A stretch of DNA of 24,000 nucleotides from Allocoprobacillus halotolerans (GTDB lineage: Bacteria > Bacillota_I > Bacilli_A > Erysipelotrichales > Coprobacillaceae), in NCBI RefSeq assembly GCF_024399475.1, contig NZ_CP101620.1:701608-725607 (forward strand). Direction: 5' to 3'. Positions within the stretch are counted from its first letter, which is position 1. Each line of letters begins with the position of its first letter. Below the pieces are notes generated by a model. The model made no database searches, was not told the DNA's origin, and saw nothing but the letters and a program-made list of their open reading frames with translations. This document shows positions 1 to 7,257 of the stretch, piece by piece. The position numbers and the translations under genes were made by a program.

Positions 1-729
1 TGCACAAATTATCGCTGTTGGACGATGACGATCTAAAAATGCTCCCACCACCTGTCTGGTTTTTTCAAACGAGAAATCTGTTTCAATAAAATGATAGTGA
101 TCAATGCCATATGCTTTCAAGCCATCCTGAACACCTTGTTTTCTTTCTACCCCAACTGCAATATCTTTTTGAAAAACACCGACATAAGCAATATCTTTAT
201 GTCCTTTTTTTGCAACATAACAAGCCAAATCATAACCAGCACGATAATCATCATACACAACCGCAACCCCTTGCTTACAACGCTGTCCAATTACCACAAA
301 AGGAATATCAATTTGAGAAATAATTTTTTGGTGAGCCATTGTTAAATCTGTCGCAATTAAAATAATCCCATCAACATTTAAATTTCTCAACTGTTCAATC
401 GACATCAATTCTCTTAATTCATTATGATTTGTATTAATAATCAACGGTGTATATTTTTGCCCTCTTAAATATTCATCCATTGTCATCATCATTCTAGATG
501 AAGTCGTTGAATCTAAAGCAGGTGTAATAATACCAATAAGCTGTGAATGTTTACGCTTCATAATCTGTGCCATGACATTAGGCTCATAACCATTTTCTTC
601 AATAATCTTATGTATTCTAGCACGTGTTTCTTCTTTGACATAACCACCATTAAAATAACGTGATACAGTGCTTTTCCCAACTCCAGCCATTTGTGCAATA
701 TCTTTCATTGTTAATCGTTTTGCTTTCAT
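1..729 (-). CDS. LacI/GalR-family transcriptional regulator, partial: N-terminal 243 codons, 3' end beyond the window
   Basis: Absent from the ORF track because it has no stop in the window. Own translation from ATG at 727-729: MKAKRLTMKDIAQMAGVGKSTVSRYFNGGYVKEETRARIHKIIEENGYEPN (LacI HTH). The frame stays open to base 1 (...TRQVVGAFLDRHRPTAIICA, sugar-binding domain). AAGGAG SD at 738-743, 8 nt upstream. Confidence 0.85.
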   Translation of the reverse strand, partial: MKAKRLTMKDIAQMAGVGKSTVSRYFNGGYVKEETRARIHKIIEENGYEPNVMAQIMKRKHSQLIGIITPALDSTTSSRMMMTMDEYLRGQKYTPLIINTNHNELRELMSIEQLRNLNVDGIILIATDLTMAHQKIISQIDIPFVVIGQRCKQGVAVVYDDYRAGYDLACYVAKKGHKDIAYVGVFQKDIAVGVERKQGVQDGLKAYGIDHYHFIETDFSFEKTRQVVGAFLDRHRPTAIICA

Positions 730-747
730 TTCAATGACTCCTTACCA

Positions 748-1368
748 TTAATAATCATATTTCCATTTCCCTACACAATAAATAATAACAGCTAAAATCA
801 AAGCCCAAATAATATCTATAAAAGCATGTTGTTTAATCATTACTGTAGACATACAAATCAATAAAGTCAAGATAACAAGCGCAACACATAACCATGAAGT
901 TTGTTGAACTCTTTGACTTTTCAACAATGATACACACATCATAACACTATTATAAACATGAATGCTTGGACAAACATTTGTAGATGAATCAATAGAGTAA
1001 ATAAAACTCACTAAACATTGAAAGATATTTTCATCATAAAGTTGTACTCTTAAGTTTTGACCTGTTGGAATCACAGCATAAATCAACAAAGATAAACTCA
1101 TTCCTAAAAACAAATAAAAATATGTTCTTTTTACACCTGATTGATCAATAAAAACAAAATAAGCAAAACCTAAAACCATAAATACAAACCATAATAAATA
1201 AGGAATAACAAAATATTCATTAAATGGTATATATTGATCAATCCATGAATCTGTTATCATCATATGTGAAAAACTTTGATTTTCTAGAATCATAAAGCCA
1301 ATCATATAGGCCACAAAAAAATAAAGCAAATATTTCAAACTATTATATTTTTCTAAAAATGCTTTCAT
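748..1368 (-). CDS. PAP2-superfamily-like integral membrane protein (possible lipid phosphatase)
   Basis: 206-aa multi-TM ORF. CPSIHV and HAFIDII motifs resemble the PAP2 PSxH and HxxxD acid-phosphatase motifs. Sits 18 nt upstream of the LacI gene on the same strand. Confidence 0.5.
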   Translation of the reverse strand: MKAFLEKYNSLKYLLYFFVAYMIGFMILENQSFSHMMITDSWIDQYIPFNEYFVIPYLLWFVFMVLGFAYFVFIDQSGVKRTYFYLFLGMSLSLLIYAVIPTGQNLRVQLYDENIFQCLVSFIYSIDSSTNVCPSIHVYNSVMMCVSLLKSQRVQQTSWLCVALVILTLLICMSTVMIKQHAFIDIIWALILAVIIYCVGKWKYDY

Positions 1369-1383
1369 CCATGTATCCTCCTA

Positions 1384-1392
1384 TGCTAGAAT
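1384..1392 (+). promoter_or_regulatory. Extended -10 promoter element TGcTAGAAT for the HAD hydrolase gene
   Basis: TG at 1384-1385 and TAGAAT at 1387-1392 in the divergent intergenic region. No good -35 seen. Confidence 0.35.
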
Positions 1393-1447
1393 ATATACTA
1401 ACATGATGGTTTAATTATGTGAATTCGATATGAACGGAGATAAATTT

Positions 1448-2044
1448 ATGAAAAATATTATTTTTGATATTGGTAATGTCCTTTTAGATTTTCAGCCTGA
1501 AAAATATTTACAACAATATTTTTCACCATCTGTTATGGGTGATTTAATGATGATTATTTTTTCAAGTGATGAATGGATTGAATTAGATATGGGGACAATG
1601 ATGATTCAAGATGCGATTCAATCATTAACTTTAAAACATCCTCACTATCATGATGAAATTATCTTTGTGATGGAAAATTGGACACATATGATGACACCTT
1701 TACAAAAAAATGTTGAAATCGTTAAAGAATTAAAAGATAAAGGCTATCATTTATATCTTTTATCTAATTTTCATAAAGAAGCCATTCAAACAATGTTTCA
1801 AAGATATGATTTCTTTAATCTTTTTGAAGGTGGTATTATTTCAGCCAATGAAAAGCTTGTGAAACCTGATAAAAAGATATATCAACTACTTTTGCATAGA
1901 TATCACCTTGAAACAAGTGAATCCCTTTTTATTGATGATATGTTAGCAAATATTAACATGGCTAAAGAATGTCATATTCATGGACTATATCTTCCCTATC
2001 AATCTGATTTAAGAACTGAACTTCAAAAACGTGATATTTTATAA
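1448..2044 (+). CDS. HAD-family hydrolase, YihX-like (subfamily IA)
   Basis: MKNIIFDIGNVLLDF gives motif I in the D-x-G-x-V variant seen in YihX-type sugar phosphatases; LSNF and FIDD are the later HAD motifs. Start moved to ATG 1448, which has a GGAGA SD at 1435-1439, instead of the track start at 1430. Confidence 0.8.
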   Translation: MKNIIFDIGNVLLDFQPEKYLQQYFSPSVMGDLMMIIFSSDEWIELDMGTMMIQDAIQSLTLKHPHYHDEIIFVMENWTHMMTPLQKNVEIVKELKDKGYHLYLLSNFHKEAIQTMFQRYDFFNLFEGGIISANEKLVKPDKKIYQLLLHRYHLETSESLFIDDMLANINMAKECHIHGLYLPYQSDLRTELQKRDIL

Positions 2045-2074
2045 ACCTGTGGTGTTCACACATCACAGGTTTTT
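2044..2074. terminator. Rho-independent terminator shared by convergent genes
   Basis: 11-bp stem AACCTGTGGTG (2044-2054) / CATCACAGGTT (2061-2071) with one G-U pair, loop TTCACA, and a T-run on the plus strand. Confidence 0.7.
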
Positions 2075-2732
2075 ATGTATTCTGTAAAATTTTCTTTCTT
2101 TGCCAGCCATAAATTCCATAGCATCCAACACTTATTATTATAATTATGCCTACAATCATCATAAAACTATGCATAAAAAATGTTTCAGGCAAAATTGTAA
2201 TAACAGGATCTGTGGTTTCATTAAAAATCCAGTAATCATTTCTAAAAACAATTTGATGAAAAATCACAAAAGCTTTATTAAAGTCAATAGCTGCCAAAAA
2301 ACCTATGATAAGGGGAATACCTACAGAAAATATGGATGTTAATCTTAAAAAACGATATTCTTTTTGTTTAAAACGACGATACACCATCACCAAAGAAATA
2401 ACCCCACTGATTAAACATGTGATTTGAATAACTTCAAAAATTCTTTTCACTTCTTCAAAATGAATTCGACCAGTTGTAGACATCACAAAATCTGGTAGAT
2501 TTAAAGTTCCTTGGTAAAAAACACTCTGATATTGAATTAAAATATCATAGTTATGACGAATCACATCAGCTGATAATCCTGTCGTTTCACTTATTTTTAA
2601 ATAATCTATATCAAAATAATAAAGTGGTTTAAAAAAGACCGTTATAACAATGGCTAACGTTATAATAAATATGGTTAGCACGAAAGCTAAAAGAATATCA
2701 CTTTTTCTATTCTTGATAAATGAAGTCAGCAC
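2073..2732 (-). CDS. TIGR01906/DUF1461-family integral membrane protein (the family containing the lipoprotein intramolecular transacylase Lit)
   Basis: 219 aa. The pattern NLPDFVMSTTGRIHFEEVKRIF...FHQIVFRNDYWIFNETTDPVITILPETFF recalls DUF1461. GTG start at 2732 with GAGGT SD 8 nt upstream. Overlaps the trmL 3' end by 26 nt. Confidence 0.55.
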   Translation of the reverse strand: MLTSFIKNRKSDILLAFVLTIFIITLAIVITVFFKPLYYFDIDYLKISETTGLSADVIRHNYDILIQYQSVFYQGTLNLPDFVMSTTGRIHFEEVKRIFEVIQITCLISGVISLVMVYRRFKQKEYRFLRLTSIFSVGIPLIIGFLAAIDFNKAFVIFHQIVFRNDYWIFNETTDPVITILPETFFMHSFMMIVGIIIIISVGCYGIYGWQRKKILQNT

Positions 2733-3213
2733 CTTTTTGTACCTCTACCTTAGATAAATTTGGATAATTTTGTTGACGTAAAACCTCATAAATTCCAATC
2801 GCTACACAATTAGATAAATTTAAACTTCTCGCCCCACCATCCATTGGAATACGCACACATTCATCGAGATGTTCTTTTAAAATATCATGAGGAATGCCAT
2901 CATGTTCATGACCAAAAATAATATATTGATCACGATCAGAAACATAGCTTTGATCACTATAACATAGTTTTGAATAACGTGTAAAAAAATGATAATCACC
3001 TTGATTTCGATTTGTAAAATCTTCCCAGTTTTCATATATTTCCATTTGTAAATCTTTAATATAATCCAATCCTGCACGTTTCATATGTTTATCATCTAAA
3101 GAAAAACCTAAGGGTTTAATTAAATGAAGTTTAGAATGTGTCGCCACACAAGTACGCATAATATTTCCCGTATTTTGTGGAATAGCTGGGTGTACTAATA
3201 CAATATGATTCAT
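2707..3213 (-). CDS. trmL: tRNA (cytidine/uridine(34)-2'-O)-methyltransferase, SpoU/TrmL family
   Basis: MNHIVLVHPAIPQNTGNIMRTC...RSLNLSNCVAIGIYEVLRQ is the typical TrmL/CspR SPOUT pattern. GAGGAG SD upstream. Confidence 0.85.
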   Translation of the reverse strand: MNHIVLVHPAIPQNTGNIMRTCVATHSKLHLIKPLGFSLDDKHMKRAGLDYIKDLQMEIYENWEDFTNRNQGDYHFFTRYSKLCYSDQSYVSDRDQYIIFGHEHDGIPHDILKEHLDECVRIPMDGGARSLNLSNCVAIGIYEVLRQQNYPNLSKVEVQKGADFIYQE

Positions 3214-3229
3214 GATTGATTCTCCTCTT

Positions 3230-3802
3230 TTAAAATAGCATATAATTTTTTAAGTGCTTTGGCACGATGTGAATATTGATTTTTTCTTCTAATGTTAACT
3301 GGGCAGATGTTTTATGAAGTTCTGGCACATAAAAGATAGGATCATATCCAAAACCATTTTCACCTGCAATATGATCATAAATTTCACCATTAAAGTATTC
3401 TTCAATTAAAATCGGTTCTTTATCAGGTATACATAAAGCCATTGCACAGACAAATCGTGCTCCTCTTTCTTTTCCTTTAACCGCATCAATAATATACTGA
3501 TTCTTAATATCATAACTTGTGTCATGTCCCATAAAACGTGCTGAATAAATACCAGGCGCTCCATCCATCGCATCCACTTCTAAACCAGAATCATCAGCAA
3601 GAACTGGTTTATGAATGCAATCACAAATCGTTTGAGCTTTGATTAAAGCATTTTCTTGAAAAGTCTGCCCATTTTCTTCAATTTCTATATCTTCATCAAA
3701 AACATCTTTCAATGATTTCACTTCAATACCAATTGCATCCAACATCGCTTTGATTTCTTTTATTTTTCCTTCATTTGTTGAAGCTACAATAATCTCTTTC
3801 AT
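3230..3802 (-). CDS. rdgB: dITP/XTP pyrophosphatase (Ham1/RdgB family); the C-terminal conserved SHR motif is out of frame (see findings)
   Basis: MKEIIVASTNEGKIKEIKAML, DDSGLEVDAMDGAPGIYSARF and FGYDPIF are family hallmarks. Start ATG 3802 lies 8 nt after the GGAG at 3811-3814. The present frame ends in the non-family tail KINIHIVPKHLKNYMLF. Confidence 0.85.
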   Translation of the reverse strand: MKEIIVASTNEGKIKEIKAMLDAIGIEVKSLKDVFDEDIEIEENGQTFQENALIKAQTICDCIHKPVLADDSGLEVDAMDGAPGIYSARFMGHDTSYDIKNQYIIDAVKGKERGARFVCAMALCIPDKEPILIEEYFNGEIYDHIAGENGFGYDPIFYVPELHKTSAQLTLEEKINIHIVPKHLKNYMLF

Positions 3803-3818
3803 TTTCATCACTCCATTT

Positions 3819-4655
3819 TTAAACTTTTTTCACTTGAGGTATTGGCATTTTTTGTCCTGTCCAAAATTCAAAGGATTCTGCTCCCTGATAAACAATCATA
3901 CCTTCCCCATTCATATATTCAAGGCCTTTTTCACGAGCCATTTTTAGTAATTTTGTTTCTTGAGGGTTGTAAATAATATCTGCCACCTTTATATGTTGAG
4001 GTAAATAAGAAACATCTGGTATTAAACATCCCTCTTCATGAGGTGCCATTCCCACATTCGTTGTTTGAATCAAGGCATAGCTATCTTTCAAATCTTCTTT
4101 TAAACCTTGGATATCATTTAATGATTTCAATACAAGTGGACAATCACATTGGGCCTGAACTTGTTGAATCCAATCCTTATGACTGCGATTATAGATGACA
4201 ATTTCTTTAGCGTATTGTGTTAAAGCCACAACGATTGCTCTGGCAGCACCACCTGCTCCTAAAACAACAACTTTTTGGTTTTGGAATTGCCAACCTTTTT
4301 CTTCACAAGCTTTCATAAAACCAATACCATCACTTATATGCCCAATCAATTTCCCATCCTTATTTTTAACTGTATTAACAGCTTGACATAACTTAGCTTG
4401 TAATGTCAATTCATCCAAGTAAGGTAAAATATCGACTTTATAGGGCATGGATACATTAAAACCTTTGATAGGCAATATTTTAGCACTTGTTATAAAATCT
4501 GATAAATGCTCCGGTTTCACTTCAAAAGCCAGATAAACATCATTGATTCCTAAATATTGAAATGCAGTATTGTGCATCATGGGTGAAAAAGAATGTTTAA
4601 TAGGATCAGCCACAATGCCATAAAGTCCTGTATATCCTGTTATTGTATTCATCAT
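3819..4655 (-). CDS. aroE: Shikimate dehydrogenase (NADP+)
   Basis: HSFSPMMHN, NVSMPYK and GAGGAARA motifs. GGAGG SD at 4659-4663. Start at ATG 4655 or 4652 rather than the track start 4703. Confidence 0.85.
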   Translation of the reverse strand: MMNTITGYTGLYGIVADPIKHSFSPMMHNTAFQYLGINDVYLAFEVKPEHLSDFITSAKILPIKGFNVSMPYKVDILPYLDELTLQAKLCQAVNTVKNKDGKLIGHISDGIGFMKACEEKGWQFQNQKVVVLGAGGAARAIVVALTQYAKEIVIYNRSHKDWIQQVQAQCDCPLVLKSLNDIQGLKEDLKDSYALIQTTNVGMAPHEEGCLIPDVSYLPQHIKVADIIYNPQETKLLKMAREKGLEYMNGEGMIVYQGAESFEFWTGQKMPIPQVKKV

Positions 4656-4782
4656 TATCCTCCTTGATTTTTTTCTATTATATAGCAAGTTCTTAATAGA
4701 CACAAAGAATTATTTTAAGAATATGAAAAAAAACAACCTTTTCTTTGATTTAGAGTATAATTAAGCTAAGGAGGTACATTTT

Positions 4783-5529
4783 ATGATTAATCAATTAATT
4801 GTTAATGCTGATGATTTTGGTATGACACAAGCCAATACAATTGGAATATTAGTAGCTCACAAAGAAGGTATTGTGACTTCAACGACCTGTATGATGAATA
4901 TGCCTTATGCCAAGTTTGCTTTAAAACAGGCACAACATTATCCTCAACTTGGAGTCGGTATTCATTTGGTTCTTACCGTTGGACGACCTCTTATTGATGG
5001 TGCTCACTCTTATACTGATGAAATGGGAAATTTTATTAGACCTAAGGATTATCCTGATGGAAAACCACATGGAGATGTTAATGAATTATATCGTGAATGG
5101 AAAGCACAGATTGAAAAATTCATTGAAATAGCCGGCCATAAACCTACACATATTGACTCTCATCACCATGTGCATTTACTCCCTTGGCATCAAGAAGTGG
5201 CAAAGGCCTTAGCCAAAGAATATGATTTACCTATTCGTCAACGCCATCAAATCATTGATACTTATCCATACATTCCAGTTTTTGATAAGATGTATGATGA
5301 AGATGTTAATTATCAATATGTAACAGAAGTTTTACAATCACATTCTGGAGCATTGGAACTGATGTGTCATCCTGCCTATCTTGATCAAAGACTCTATGAT
5401 ATGTCAAGTTACAATTTACCAAGAATGAAAGAGTTAGAATTTTTAACATCATCACAAATCAAATCATTTATCCAAGAAAATCATATAGAACTGATCAATT
5501 TCTCAAATTTACACGATAATTTTCAATAA
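4783..5529 (+). CDS. ChbG/YdjC-family carbohydrate (chitooligosaccharide) deacetylase
   Basis: LIVNADDFGMTQANTIGI and HIDSHHHVH are YdjC-family metal and catalytic motifs. AAGGAGG SD upstream. Confidence 0.85.
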   Translation: MINQLIVNADDFGMTQANTIGILVAHKEGIVTSTTCMMNMPYAKFALKQAQHYPQLGVGIHLVLTVGRPLIDGAHSYTDEMGNFIRPKDYPDGKPHGDVNELYREWKAQIEKFIEIAGHKPTHIDSHHHVHLLPWHQEVAKALAKEYDLPIRQRHQIIDTYPYIPVFDKMYDEDVNYQYVTEVLQSHSGALELMCHPAYLDQRLYDMSSYNLPRMKELEFLTSSQIKSFIQENHIELINFSNLHDNFQ

Positions 5530-5545
5530 TTCGACATAAGAAGTC

Positions 5546-5573
5546 TTGCATTATTAGAAAATTATGTTAAAAT
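5546..5573 (+). promoter_or_regulatory. Promoter TTGCAT-16 nt-TGtTAAAAT (extended -10)
   Basis: TTGCAT at 5546-5551, TG at 5565-5566, TAAAAT at 5568-5573. No plus-strand CDS follows. Confidence 0.45.
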
Positions 5574-5579
5574 AAGCTT

Positions 5580-5726
5580 GTCCGTAGAGATACGGATATG
5601 GTGAGGAAGAAGAGCGAGATGGAAGTTATTTGGTAGGAAGATGGAGATTGTAGTTGTATAATACATACCTTTCTAAAAAATAATAACCGAAAAGAGATTA
5701 TAAGATAACTTATAATCTCTTTTTCT
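5580..5726 (+). ncRNA. Candidate small RNA of about 145 nt, family unknown, bounded by a promoter and an intrinsic terminator
   Basis: Begins after the 5546-5573 promoter. 5' hairpin TCCGTA-GAGA-TACGGA at 5581-5596. Purine-rich body (GGTGAGGAAGAAGAGCGAGATGGAAG...GGTAGGAAGATGGAG), then an ACCTTTCT pyrimidine patch and the terminator at 5691-5722. Only 5-12 codon ORFs without an SD. Ends are approximate. Confidence 0.3.
5691..5722. terminator. Bidirectional rho-independent terminator
   Basis: 14-bp perfect stem AAAGAGATTATAAG (5691-5704) / CTTATAATCTCTTT (5709-5722), loop ATAA, A-run on the 5' side and T-run on the 3' side. Confidence 0.7.
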
Positions 5727-5749
5727 TTGCATAAAAAAATCAATTGGAA

Positions 5750-5827
5750 CTATTTATCTTCCAACTGATTCAATATTCCTAAAACCGCTAAAAATAATCC
5801 TGGAATCATTAATCCCCAATACTCCAT
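5750..5827 (-). CDS. Small hydrophobic peptide, 25 aa (MEYWGLMIPGLFLAVLGILNQLEDK), candidate type I toxin-like or small membrane protein
   Basis: Below the ORF-track size cutoff and found by hand. ATG 5825-5827, TAG 5750-5752. GGTGGTGAT SD-like sequence 3-11 nt upstream. TGtTAAAAT extended -10 at 5846-5854. Followed by the 5691-5722 terminator. Confidence 0.4.
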   Translation of the reverse strand: MEYWGLMIPGLFLAVLGILNQLEDK

Positions 5828-5910
5828 TCTATCACCACCACCCGTATTTTAACATTTTTCATAACAAGAAATGTTAAATACAAGTAAAAACACTGTTCAA
5901 ATGGTGTTAT

Positions 5911-6486
5911 TTACCATTTTTTATGCAAATCTTCTTGAGTAATAGAGCGGATGACCTGACAAGGATTTCCTCCAGCAATCACATAAGGAGGAATATCATG
6001 GGTCACAACACTACCTGCACCAATGATAGCACCCTGATTAATTTTCACACCAGGTAAGATTGTCACATTTCCACCTATCCAAACATGATCATAAATTTTA
6101 ACTGGTCTTGTATATTCTAACCCTTGCATTCTTTCTCCTTCATGAAAAGGATAAGAAGCTGTATAAATATTCACATTGGGTCCCAATACAACATGATCCC
6201 CGATTTCTACTAAACCTTGGTCTAAAATTGTTAAATTGACATCACTGTAAAAATTCAAACCTACTGTAATATGATAGCCATATTGACAATAAAAAGGTGG
6301 TTCAATACAAAGTTCACCTTTACAATTTAATAACTTTTTCAAAAGAATATCTTTTTCATTTTTTTGAACAGGTGTATAACGATTATATTCATAAAGCATT
6401 CTTTTACAAATTTCTCTTTCATGATACAGTTGTTGATCATAAGGCTGATACAAATGCCCAGCCATCATCTTTTCTTTTTCACTCAT
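5911..6486 (-). CDS. maa: Maltose/galactoside O-acetyltransferase (hexapeptide-repeat, Maa/LacA family)
   Basis: MSEKEKMMAGHLYQPYDQQLYHEREICKRMLYEYN is the typical Maa N-terminus, and left-handed beta-helix hexapeptide repeats follow (IGDHVVLGPNVNI, IGGNVTILPGVKI, IGAGSVV). ATG 6486 overlaps the upstream stop as ATGAGTGA. Confidence 0.85.
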   Translation of the reverse strand: MSEKEKMMAGHLYQPYDQQLYHEREICKRMLYEYNRYTPVQKNEKDILLKKLLNCKGELCIEPPFYCQYGYHITVGLNFYSDVNLTILDQGLVEIGDHVVLGPNVNIYTASYPFHEGERMQGLEYTRPVKIYDHVWIGGNVTILPGVKINQGAIIGAGSVVTHDIPPYVIAGGNPCQVIRSITQEDLHKKW

Positions 6487-7084
6487 TTTTTTCATCCTTT
6501 AATTGATTTTCAATTTCTTCTATCATAGCTTGACAATCATAAGTCGCAAAAATACTTGGTGCAACGTCTTGAACTTTTGCTGACTCCAGCTTTCCTGATA
6601 ATTCTTGAAGTTTATATCTTAATTGAGGAGCAACAAAAATCAAATCATATTTTTGATAAATATTTTCTAATTCATAGATAGCTGTTGCATCCACATGATA
6701 AGGTAAATGATTTAATTGACAGTATTTATTTAATTTTTGAGCAAAATAACCTGTTGTCATTCCACCACTACAACAAAGTAATATCTGATAATTTTGTTCA
6801 GTTTCTTCCAATAACTTATCCATCATTCTTTGAAATAAGTTAGTTGCATACTGGAAATTATGAAATTGATAATGTAAATAAAAAAGCAGTTCTTCTCCTT
6901 CAGTAATAGCCTCTTCAACAATTCCAATTGGCCATATAACAAATCTTCCCACTTTATTTTTATAATAAATTTTGTAAGTTCTCGAATCATATTTTTCTAA
7001 AGTTAAATGAGGATGACTAGTTACTTGATAATAAACCCATTTTCTAAAGACTTCCAAATCTTCTTGTTTATAAAAAGTTTCCAT
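6479..7084 (-). CDS. Two-domain protein: unknown N-terminal domain of about 95 aa fused to a PTS EIIB (lactose/cellobiose-type) domain
   Basis: The C-terminal half ILLCCSGGMTTGYFAQKLNKY...DLIFVAPQLRY is the IIB-cellobiose fold with the phosphorylatable Cys. I do not recognise the N-terminal half (METFYKQEDLEVFRKWVYY...). GGGGTGAGGGG SD upstream. Confidence 0.7.
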   Translation of the reverse strand: METFYKQEDLEVFRKWVYYQVTSHPHLTLEKYDSRTYKIYYKNKVGRFVIWPIGIVEEAITEGEELLFYLHYQFHNFQYATNLFQRMMDKLLEETEQNYQILLCCSGGMTTGYFAQKLNKYCQLNHLPYHVDATAIYELENIYQKYDLIFVAPQLRYKLQELSGKLESAKVQDVAPSIFATYDCQAMIEEIENQLKDEKNE

Positions 7085-7105
7085 AGCCCCTCACCCCACT
7101 TCTTT

Positions 7106-7134
7106 ATTATACACAAGTTTATTCAAAAAACCAA
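7106..7134 (-). promoter_or_regulatory. Promoter TTGGTT-17 nt-TATAAT for the IIB-fusion/maa pair
   Basis: TATAAT is the reverse complement of 7106-7111 and TTGGTT the reverse complement of 7129-7134, with an exact 17-nt spacer, about 20 nt upstream of ATG 7084. Confidence 0.5.
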
Positions 7135-7257
7135 CTGTTTAAAAAATGGCTTTGTTATGAAAAAGGAAGTATATTCATTGCATTCAAAGATGCAATTTAT
7201 CCTCTTTATTTCAATCTTTTTCTTTCCTATAATGAAGAAAAGAAGGAGGAAAAATAC

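Noticed and set aside
91-345. Plus-strand track ORFs 91-345 and 111-323
   Set aside because: They lie antisense inside the well-supported LacI-family gene (1-729, minus strand). Their sequences are low-complexity and AT-codon driven (many N, I, F, H), and no SD is present.
5580-5726. Considered whether the structured plus-strand RNA is a riboswitch or T-box leader
   Set aside because: No plus-strand gene follows the terminator (the next genes are convergent). I see no T-box specifier/T-box sequence and no recognisable riboswitch core. It is kept only as a generic sRNA candidate.
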